Shown: one piece after another, positions 1 through 7,795 of the stretch
How positions within the stretch are numbered: position 1 is the stretch's first letter
How the letters are laid out: each line of letters starts with the position of its first letter
NCBI GenBank assembly: GCA_965218795.1
Contig: OZ244653.1
Location: forward strand, 4,032,001-4,096,000
DNA: 64,000 nt
Direction of reading: 5' to 3'
Source of the DNA: a bacterium
Lineage (GTDB): Bacteria; UBA8248; JACPRG01; G963555815
The notes under the pieces: model-generated
Told to the model about the DNA's origin: nothing
Database searches by the model: none
The model's input: only the letters and a program-made list of their open reading frames with translations
Position numbers and translations under genes: made by a program

Positions 1-46
1 CAGGTCTTTTCCCCGAATGTGTCGAACCTTCAGGAGGTGTGACGAA

Positions 47-511
47 GTGGAAGAAGGCGCAGCGAAATTTTTCGAGGATTACCAGGTCGGAGAGCGTTTC
101 ACGACGAACGGCCGTACGGTGACCGAATTCGACGTGATGACCTACGTCACCCTGGTCGGTTACCTCGAACCGCTTTTTATCGACGAGGAGTACATCCGGG
201 AGGAGAGCGGGTTCGGAAGCCGGATCGCGCCGGGCCTTCTCACCACCTCGCTGGCCGACGCGCTGATCGCTCAGACCGGCATCCTTCACGGAACCGGCAT
301 GGCCCTGTTGGAAGTCAACGGACTGAAAATGAAGGCTCCCGTGCGGGTGGGAGACACGATCCGGGTGGATGTCGAAATCACCGAAAAGCGCGAGACGTCG
401 CTGCCCGACCGAGGGGTCGTTTCCTCCAAGCAAGTCGTACGCAACCACCGCGGCGAGGCCGTCGTGGAGTATGCAGTCAGCCGTTTTATCCGCCTGCGGG
501 AGGCGAAATAG
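47..511 (+). CDS. MaoC/PaaZ-like hotdog-fold dehydratase
   Basis: FFEDYQVGERFTT..RTVTEFD, PLFIDEEY..SGFGSRIAPG and PVRVGDTI motifs. GTG at 47 follows AGGAGG (32-37); the ORF track starts at 17. Confidence 0.85.
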   Translation: MEEGAAKFFEDYQVGERFTTNGRTVTEFDVMTYVTLVGYLEPLFIDEEYIREESGFGSRIAPGLLTTSLADALIAQTGILHGTGMALLEVNGLKMKAPVRVGDTIRVDVEITEKRETSLPDRGVVSSKQVVRNHRGEAVVEYAVSRFIRLREAK

Positions 512-532
512 GATTATGGGGACATTTTTGTT

Positions 533-777
533 TTGGGGGGACATTTTGAAAATTGTCCCCCCAACCCCCCCTCAAAAACTTTCATCTCGCGATGGAGGAC
601 CGCCCATGTACATGGGCGGTCCTCCATCGCAACAGCTTTTTTCATTGTTCGTGTTCCGCGCCGGCAGACCCGTGGTCAGCGAACCCGCCCACACCGCGAG
701 CAGGCCGAGCGTTCGCTCGGCAGTCGAAAGTTTCTCGGGGGGTCGAGGGGGGCGGCTTTTCAAAGAAGCCCCCTCGA
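533..777. repeat. REP/MITE-like palindromic element: two inverted hairpin arms around a perfect 42-bp palindrome
   Basis: Left arm TTGGGGGGACA..TGTCCCCCCAA..AAACTTTC (533-583) is the inverted counterpart of right arm GAAAGTTT..TCGAGGGGG..CCCCCTCGA (726-777). Positions 589-630 are their own reverse complement. Confidence 0.8.
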
Positions 778-811
778 AATTACCCTTTCCGTCGGATTTC
801 AGTTGGGAATC

Positions 812-1729
812 TCAGGCCTGAACCCACCCCGTTTCCTGATGGCCGAACCGGTAGCTCTCGGGGTGAATGATCTCCGCCAGGATTTCCAGGGATTCCGCCA
901 GCCGGGGGCCGGGCCGGTTGAAGTACTGGTTGCCGTCGGTGACGTACACCCGGCCCGACTTCACCGCGTTGAGGTCGGTCCACCCGGGCTTGCGCGTCAG
1001 GACCGGCATCTCACGTCGTGTCTTTTCGATATCGTAACCGCAGGGCATGGTGACGATGATGTCCGGGTCCGCGTCTCGAAGCTCCTCCCAGGTCATCCAC
1101 GGGGCGTGCTCGTTTTCCTTGCCGAAGAGGTTGAGCCCGCCCGCCATCTTGACCAGGGTCGGCACCCAGTTGCCCGCGGCCATCAACGGTTCCACCCATT
1201 CGATGCAGGCGACGGTTGGACGCGCGCTCATTTCCGAGGCTTTGTCGGCGATCTCCCTCATGCGGCGCTGAAGGCCTTCGATCAATTCATCCGCCTGAGG
1301 CGCGGCGTCGAGCGCTTGGGCGACGCTCCGAATGTCCGCCCAGACGTCCTCCAGGCCGTTGGGCTCCAGGGGGACGATGGTCGGATTCAGTCCTCCCGTG
1401 AAATGGCACACGGCTTCCTCCACGTCCTTCAGGCTGACCGCGCACACCTCGCACTGAGTCTGGGTCAGGATGACGTCGGGGTGCAGGCGCTCGAGCTCCC
1501 CGGCATCGACGCGGTAGACGGACAGGGCATCTTGAATGATCGCCTTGATCCGCTGGTCGATTTCATACGACGTGCCGTCCGGGTTGATCTTCGATTCCGT
1601 GAGAACGGGAAGATCTTCGACAGACGGCGGATAATCGCACTCATGCGAGCGACCGACCAGCTGGTCCTCGAACCCCAACGCGCAGACAATCTCCGTGCTG
1701 CTGGCGATTAATGAGACAATCCGTTTCAT
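812..1729 (-). CDS. BtuF-like cobalamin/iron-chelate binding protein
   Basis: MKRIVSLIASSTEIVCALG..LVGRSHECDYP and YFNRPGPRL motifs. ATG at 1729; no signal peptide visible. Confidence 0.85.
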   Translation of the reverse strand: MKRIVSLIASSTEIVCALGFEDQLVGRSHECDYPPSVEDLPVLTESKINPDGTSYEIDQRIKAIIQDALSVYRVDAGELERLHPDVILTQTQCEVCAVSLKDVEEAVCHFTGGLNPTIVPLEPNGLEDVWADIRSVAQALDAAPQADELIEGLQRRMREIADKASEMSARPTVACIEWVEPLMAAGNWVPTLVKMAGGLNLFGKENEHAPWMTWEELRDADPDIIVTMPCGYDIEKTRREMPVLTRKPGWTDLNAVKSGRVYVTDGNQYFNRPGPRLAESLEILAEIIHPESYRFGHQETGWVQA

Positions 1730-2202
1730 GGCCCCCCGCAAACCCACATCTCTTCAGCAGCGGTAGCGATATGATTTCTACTCTACCAAACGGAGGCGTC
1801 GCGTGTCGTCCCCGTGGTGGTCCGAGAACCTTTTCATCTCAAGCCGGGGGACCCACCCTGAAATGGGATGCATCCAACCTGACCGGCGGCACCCGCAATC
1901 TTGTTCAACGCGGCAAGCAAGACCTTCTTCTGAAGTATCCCTATAATGTGTTACAGGATGGTATCGGAATTCGTTCACGGACCTGCGTGGAATCTCCCGG
2001 CCTCTCACGTCCGCAGATAAGGGGGAGATGTCACGACGGTCGGGAGCTTCGCGGGGGAAAGGATGTCGTGGCCTGGATGAAAGGACGCCTCCGAATCTTG
2101 GCTTGTCTCATGAGTTTCGCCTTCTGCCCGGAATTGCGCAATCAGGCGGGGATCGTCTTTTCCAAGCGGGGTTCTGCGGCGTTAATCGACTGAGGGGAAG
2201 CC

Positions 2203-4308
2203 ATGCCATACATCATCGGGGTGGATGTCGGAGGAACGTTTACGGACGTTGTGGCCCTTGACGAGGAGGGGACAGTCACGATCGGCAAGGCCCTCTCGAC
2301 GCCTCGGGACTTCTCGGTCGGGGTGCTGGACTCCATTCAGACTGCGGGTGAGGCCCTGGGGCTGGGTCTGGAGGAGGTGCTTTTTCAGGCGAGCGTCATC
2401 CTCCTGGCCACGACCGCGGCGGAAAACGCCATCATCACCGGTCAATTGGCCCGGGTGGGTCTTCTCATGACCAGGGGATTCGAGGATGTTTTGATCCTCG
2501 CGCGGGGCGGGTACGGACGCTGGAGCGGACTCTCGGACGAGGAGATCATTCACCCGGTCATGACGAACAAGCCGCCGCCCATCGTTCCCCGCACCGATAT
2601 CGAAGGAGTCAGCGAGCGGACGAACAGCGACGGTGAGATCCTGGTCTCCCTGGACAGGCCGAACGCCGAAAATGCGCTGAAGTCCTTGATGGATCGAGGC
2701 GTGGAATCCCTCGGAGTCTGCTTCCTGTGGTCCTTCGTAAACCCGGAGAACGAGCAAAAGATGGCGGAGATCATCCGGGAGCTTTACCCCCGGGTTTCTG
2801 TCACGCTTTCCAGCGAGCTGGCCCCCCGTATTGGTGAGTATGAACGAACCTCAACCGTGACCCTGAATGCCGCGTTGTCCCCCACCTTGTCACAATCCTT
2901 GCGGAATTTAGAGAGACTGACGGGCGAAAAGGGATTCCATAAGAGTCTCCTCGTGATGCAGGGATATGGGGGGCTTCTCACGGTTCCCCAAGCCACCTCG
3001 CGAGCCGTGGGACTGATTGAATCGGGGCCGGCCGGAGGAATTATCGGAAGCCAGTTCGTGGGTGATCTGGCGGGGATGAAGAACGTCATCGGTTGCGACA
3101 TGGGGGGAACGAGCTTCAAGGTGGGGGTCCTCACGAATGGGGCATTTGAATACGCCTGGGAGTCGACAATACTCCGTTATCACTCGATGATTCCCAAAAT
3201 CGACATCGTCTCAATCGGAGCGGGCGGCGGGAGCATCGTTTGGATCGAGCCGAGAACGGGCCTTCCCCGAATCGGCCCGCAGAGCGCGGGTTCATCCCCC
3301 GGCCCGGTATGTTATGACCTGGGCGGATTGGAGCCGACTCTCACGGATGTCAACCTGATTCTCGGTTACGTGGATCCGGATTACTTCCTCGGTGGAAGGA
3401 TGAGGCTCAATCCGGAAAAGGCTTTGGAGCAATTCAAGAGAAAGATCGCCGACCCTTTGGGGATGGATCCGGCGGCGGCGGCGAGCTCGGTCTACCAGCT
3501 GGCCAACTCCCAGATGTCCGACCTGGTTCGGCGCGTGACCATCGAGAGGGGGCTGGATCCGAAAGATTATGTGCTCTTTGCCTATGGAGGCGCGGCGGCC
3601 ATCCATGCCGGTGCTTTCGCTCCCCAACTGGGCGTTCAGAAGGTGGTCGTGCCCTTTACGGCGTCGGTGAACGGAGCGTTTGGAATTGTGGCCTCGGACG
3701 TGATTCACGAACACTCGTTGACAAGGCATGTTCCGGTTCCGGCCGACGAAAAGACGGTCAACGAGATATTTTCCAGGTTGGAGGAAAAGGCCGTCGAGGA
3801 CCTGAAGGGGGAGGGTTTTTCGGAGACGGACATTCGACTCCATCGCTCAGTGGGGATGCAGTTCCGGCTTCAGGTGCACGAGGTGAATACCCCCATCCCC
3901 GTCGCCGGCCTCCTGAAGGAGGAAGACCTGGAAGAGACCTATCGGCGTTTCGAGCGACTGTATGAGCAAAAACACGGCAAAGGCTCAGCCTACAAGGAAG
4001 CCGGTATGGAGATGACGAGTTTCCATTTGACGGCGGTGGGGGTGCTGACCAAGCCCGCTCTTCAGGTTCACGAGACGGGAGGACCCGAGGCGGCGGGCGG
4101 CCTCATCGGCAGCCGGGAGGTCTCCTTTGAGGGGGCGCTCCACCACACGGAAATTTACCGGTTCGACGCGCTGCGTAGCGAAAACCATGTCGCCGGCCCC
4201 GCCATCATCCTGACGCCTGTGACGACCATTGTGATTCAGCCCGGACAGACGGCCGATGTGGACTCTTACAAAAACGTCATCATCCGGTTCGGGGAGAGCG
4301 GAGCATGA
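2203..4308 (+). CDS. Hydantoinase A / 5-oxoprolinase family ATP-binding subunit (acetone/acetophenone carboxylase-like)
   Basis: IGVDVGGTFTD, ESGPAGG, DMGGTSF, IGAGGGSI, SAGSSPGPVCY and YGGAAAIHA motifs. Confidence 0.93.
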   Translation: MPYIIGVDVGGTFTDVVALDEEGTVTIGKALSTPRDFSVGVLDSIQTAGEALGLGLEEVLFQASVILLATTAAENAIITGQLARVGLLMTRGFEDVLILARGGYGRWSGLSDEEIIHPVMTNKPPPIVPRTDIEGVSERTNSDGEILVSLDRPNAENALKSLMDRGVESLGVCFLWSFVNPENEQKMAEIIRELYPRVSVTLSSELAPRIGEYERTSTVTLNAALSPTLSQSLRNLERLTGEKGFHKSLLVMQGYGGLLTVPQATSRAVGLIESGPAGGIIGSQFVGDLAGMKNVIGCDMGGTSFKVGVLTNGAFEYAWESTILRYHSMIPKIDIVSIGAGGGSIVWIEPRTGLPRIGPQSAGSSPGPVCYDLGGLEPTLTDVNLILGYVDPDYFLGGRMRLNPEKALEQFKRKIADPLGMDPAAAASSVYQLANSQMSDLVRRVTIERGLDPKDYVLFAYGGAAAIHAGAFAPQLGVQKVVVPFTASVNGAFGIVASDVIHEHSLTRHVPVPADEKTVNEIFSRLEEKAVEDLKGEGFSETDIRLHRSVGMQFRLQVHEVNTPIPVAGLLKEEDLEETYRRFERLYEQKHGKGSAYKEAGMEMTSFHLTAVGVLTKPALQVHETGGPEAAGGLIGSREVSFEGALHHTEIYRFDALRSENHVAGPAIILTPVTTIVIQPGQTADVDSYKNVIIRFGESGA

Positions 4309-6491
4309 GCGTCGATCCCTTCGTGTTCGAGATCATCCGCCACAAATTCATGCGTGTCATCGACGAAGCCGTGATCACGCTGAAACACATCTCCGGCTCC
4401 TCGGCGACGACAGAGGGCCACGATCTCATTATGGCCCTCTACCGGACGGACGGAAGCCTCCTGATGGGGGTCCTGGGTTACTTGCACGCTCTTCCAGGCG
4501 CGGGGGAAGCCTGCCGGCACATCATTCGGGAATATTCCGAGAACCCGGGAATCAACGACGGGGACGTCTTCTTATTGAACGACCCCTATATCGCGGCCCT
4601 TCACAGTTCGGACACGTATATGGTCTCCCCCATTTTCTATGAGGAAAGGCTCGTGGCGTGGAGCGCCAACTTCGTCCACCTTCGCGACATCGGCGCCATC
4701 AATCCGGGGGGCTTCGCGCCGGATTCCAGGGAGATCTATCACGAGGGGATCATGTGTCCCGGAATCAAGCTCATGGAGAAGGGAGTCCTGCGGAAAGACG
4801 TCTGGAAAACGGTCCTCAACATGGTCAGAACGCCGGAAATCGTCGCGCTGGATCTCTATTCGCAGATGGCGGCCAACATCACAGCAAGAGAGCGGCTGGT
4901 TGAATTGATGGACAAGTACGGTCCGGACGTGGTGGACGAGGTGGCGGGGGGGATCATCGACCAGTCCGAATCTCTTTTGCGTCAAAGACTCGGGCAGATG
5001 CCCAACGGCACGTGGAAGACGCGCCAGTATCTGGAAGCCCTGGGGGAGATCTATACGGTCAACCTGGCCATGACCAAAGAGGACGATTCCCTCCATTTCG
5101 ACTTCACCGGGACCAGCGAGCAGGCGCCCGTTGGATTCAACGTTGCCTACTGGGGGACTTTGGGCGCCCTGATGGCCCCGCTGTTTCCGCTCCTGGGCTT
5201 CGACATGATGTGGAACGACGGGCTGCTGAAGCCCGTCACGATGTCTGCCCCGGAAGGTTGCCTCGTCAACTGCAAGCGGCCGGCGCCCAATTGCCTGGCG
5301 ACCATCACAGGAATTGCAGTGGTGAACAATGTGTCGCTGGAAGCGATTTCCAAGATGATGCTGGCCAGCGACGAGTATCGGAAAGAGGCGACCGCCGTCT
5401 GGCAGGGGGCGCACTGCCCCATCACCGTGGCGGGATACAAAGGCTCCAATTATGTCGTGACCCTCCTCACGCAGGAATTCGGCGGGAGCGGGGGCGCCCG
5501 CACGTTCGACGACGGTGTCGACCTGGCGGGGACCATACCGAACCCCCTGAACCGGACCCCCAATATCGAGACGGAGGAGAAGAACGCTCCTGTCCTTTAC
5601 CTTTTCTGTCGTTTTCTGAGGGATTCAGCGGGAGCGGGCCTGTTCCGCGGAGGATTGTCGAACGAATATTCCATTACATCGAACGCCGACGGGGATGGTT
5701 TGGTGGACGTCGTTATCTACGGGACGGGGACGGAGTATACGCAATGCCAGGGTTTTTCCGGCGGGTACCCTGGGAGCAACACGGGTTTCGTCCTCTACCG
5801 GGGAAAGGACATGCTCGAAATCCTGCGCAACGGGGGCTTCCCGGAGAAGGTGGAGGAAATCGGGGGTTCGCAGGAGCATGCGGTTTGGGGGACCTACAAA
5901 CTTGGAAGGGGGGAGATGCTGCACATGTGGATGATGGGCGGGGGAGGCTATGGCGACCCTCTGGAGCGAGACCCGGAACGGGTGAGGTCGGACGTCATCC
6001 AGCGGATGGTCTCTCAGGGATGCGCCCGAAACGTCTACGGGGTGGTTCTGAATCAGAGCCTGGAGGTCGATTCCGGGAGCACCGAAAGCCTGAGGGAAGA
6101 TATGGTTCGTCAGAGGTTGCGGGGCTGGGAAAGGGAGTCCGACCTGTCTTCTCGAGACGAACGCTCAGAGCCGGCTGCCGACCCGACAGCAGACACTGAA
6201 GAAGAGACTGCATCATACAACTTGAGCGGCAACCTGAAAGCCATCAAAGGGTCAAAGGGTGCGCACATTCACTGTATGAGATGCCGCCATCGGCTCTCGC
6301 CGTTGGACGAACCCTGGAAACAACGTGCAACCCTCGTGCGTTCGCCTTTAACCCGTTCGGGTCCAAGGCGGTCGGAGAGCGGCAGGTTCGAGATGCGGCT
6401 CTATCTCTGCCCAAGCTGCGGCAGGTCGCTGGATGTGGAGGTGGCTCTGCCGGAAGACCCGCCCCTGCACGATTCGATTTCTGTATTCTGA
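4305..6491 (+). CDS. Hydantoinase B / oxoprolinase family subunit fused to an acetone-carboxylase-gamma-like Zn-finger domain
   Basis: LNDPY...HSSD, HLRDIG, YHEG, GGSGGAR and GGGGYGDPLERDP motifs. C-terminal CMRC...CPSCG..L.VE. ATGA overlap with the upstream gene. Confidence 0.9.
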   Translation: MSVDPFVFEIIRHKFMRVIDEAVITLKHISGSSATTEGHDLIMALYRTDGSLLMGVLGYLHALPGAGEACRHIIREYSENPGINDGDVFLLNDPYIAALHSSDTYMVSPIFYEERLVAWSANFVHLRDIGAINPGGFAPDSREIYHEGIMCPGIKLMEKGVLRKDVWKTVLNMVRTPEIVALDLYSQMAANITARERLVELMDKYGPDVVDEVAGGIIDQSESLLRQRLGQMPNGTWKTRQYLEALGEIYTVNLAMTKEDDSLHFDFTGTSEQAPVGFNVAYWGTLGALMAPLFPLLGFDMMWNDGLLKPVTMSAPEGCLVNCKRPAPNCLATITGIAVVNNVSLEAISKMMLASDEYRKEATAVWQGAHCPITVAGYKGSNYVVTLLTQEFGGSGGARTFDDGVDLAGTIPNPLNRTPNIETEEKNAPVLYLFCRFLRDSAGAGLFRGGLSNEYSITSNADGDGLVDVVIYGTGTEYTQCQGFSGGYPGSNTGFVLYRGKDMLEILRNGGFPEKVEEIGGSQEHAVWGTYKLGRGEMLHMWMMGGGGYGDPLERDPERVRSDVIQRMVSQGCARNVYGVVLNQSLEVDSGSTESLREDMVRQRLRGWERESDLSSRDERSEPAADPTADTEEETASYNLSGNLKAIKGSKGAHIHCMRCRHRLSPLDEPWKQRATLVRSPLTRSGPRRSESGRFEMRLYLCPSCGRSLDVEVALPEDPPLHDSISVF

Positions 6492-6569
6492 GGACCGGAC
6501 GGAATCAGAACCGTCATCGTCTCGCTCTCTTTCGGGCGTCATCCGCGAAATCCGGGTTGACCGGCCGGG

Positions 6570-6620
6570 AAAAAAGGGAGGGCCCGGGATCAATCGAGTC
6601 CCAAGCCCTCCCCGTGTTTT
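6570..6620. terminator. Probable bidirectional intrinsic terminator
   Basis: AAAAAA GGGAGGGC..GGGA / TCCC..GCCCTCCC GTGTTTT between convergent genes. Confidence 0.6.
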
Positions 6621-6651
6621 CCAGAAGGCAAGCCAGGTGGAATCGTGTGCC

Positions 6652-7656
6652 CTACTTCAGGAAGCGGTTCGTATACGCATCCTCGAGTTTGACCGAACAG
6701 GGATTCTTGCCGAACGCAGTCAAAACAATATCCCTCGTCCGCTTCATTTTTTCCTTGGTCATATAGCCGATGCCGTTCTTCTTGGCCGCCGGAGTCAGAA
6801 CCAGGATGTCCTTGAGAAGGGCGATGGTCTCCCGGGAGATCTTCGCGTCCAGGTGCGGCTGGGCCTTGAGCAGGATCCGAGTCGCCTCCTCCGGGTTGTC
6901 GAACGTAAACTGATAGGACTTGAGGATGGCCTGCATGAATCCCCGAACAGAAGTCGGGTTCGCTTCGATGAACTTGTCCATGCCCACGATGCCGTTGCTG
7001 TAAATATCCACGCCGTGGTCTGAATACATGATCTTGTTGTAACCGCCGAATTTCTTGGTCGTCTTGTCCAATATCGGATCCAGCGTGACGAAAAAGACGA
7101 CGGCGTCTGCCTTTCCGGAGAGAAAGGTAGAGAGTTTATGGGAAGGCTGAACGATCACCCAGTCGATCTTGCTCTGGTCAATCCCCGTCGCTTTGGCGAG
7201 GGGGGTGAACAGTGTTTTATTGACGTCCGCGGCCGCTGACGCAATCTTCTTGCCTTCCAGATCCTTGGGCTTGGTCAGGCCGCTGTTCTTTTTCGTGTAG
7301 ATCAGGAACGGAGCCTGCTCATACATGACCCCGACGAGCACGGCGTTGTGCCCCTTGGCCCTGCCGAGCATCGTCCCCCCGGCATCTCCAAAGCCCAAGT
7401 CATTCGTTCCAGCCACCAATTCCTTGAGGACACCGCTGGACCCGTAGCCGCGCGACATCTTCACCTTGAGGCCCTGTTCTTGATAGAACCCCTTCTCCTG
7501 AGCCACGAAGAAGGGGGCGTGTACGCCGTAGAACGCCCAGTCGGCTCCGAAGTTGAGGTTTGTTTTCTCCGCGCCTGCCGGTTGGGCCGCGAACATCGAA
7601 AAGACTCCCAGCACGCATATCGCAGCTACAGTACGAAACCGTCTGCCCTTCCTCAT
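6652..7656 (-). CDS. NMT1/THI5-like (NitT/TauT) ABC substrate-binding protein
   Basis: Signal peptide, DWAFYGVHAPFFVAQEKGFY, GYGS and KPKDLEGKKI motifs. ATG 7656 has an AGGAGG RBS; 7695 is an alternative start. Confidence 0.88.
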   Translation of the reverse strand: MRKGRRFRTVAAICVLGVFSMFAAQPAGAEKTNLNFGADWAFYGVHAPFFVAQEKGFYQEQGLKVKMSRGYGSSGVLKELVAGTNDLGFGDAGGTMLGRAKGHNAVLVGVMYEQAPFLIYTKKNSGLTKPKDLEGKKIASAAADVNKTLFTPLAKATGIDQSKIDWVIVQPSHKLSTFLSGKADAVVFFVTLDPILDKTTKKFGGYNKIMYSDHGVDIYSNGIVGMDKFIEANPTSVRGFMQAILKSYQFTFDNPEEATRILLKAQPHLDAKISRETIALLKDILVLTPAAKKNGIGYMTKEKMKRTRDIVLTAFGKNPCSVKLEDAYTNRFLK

Positions 7657-7795
7657 GCTCTCCCTCCTTCGCTGGATTGAAGTCAAAAGGGGCATCGCCC
7701 CCTCCTGTTTAACCTTAGTTCGATCAATGAGTTGCAGAATTCTACCACAATTCCCGGAGGGTTCCGGCACTTTTCAGGAGCGGCGCTCGAGGTCC

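Noticed and set aside
512-811. CRISPR array or protein-coding ORFs in the palindromic gap
   Set aside because: There is no repeat-spacer periodicity; the ORFs there merely read through the palindrome and G/C runs.
1790-1900. Possible cobalamin riboswitch, ZTP riboswitch or 6S RNA upstream of the BtuF-like gene
   Set aside because: Some pairing is possible (GCGTGTCGTC / GGCGGCACCCGC) and GGGACCCACC is 6S-like, but the B12 box, the ZTP GCCTGGG and a long 6S closing stem are absent. An Infernal scan would be needed.
2077-2193. Short ORF MKGRLRILACLMSFAF... ending just before the hydantoinase RBS
   Set aside because: It could be a signal-peptide remnant but is too short and featureless to support.
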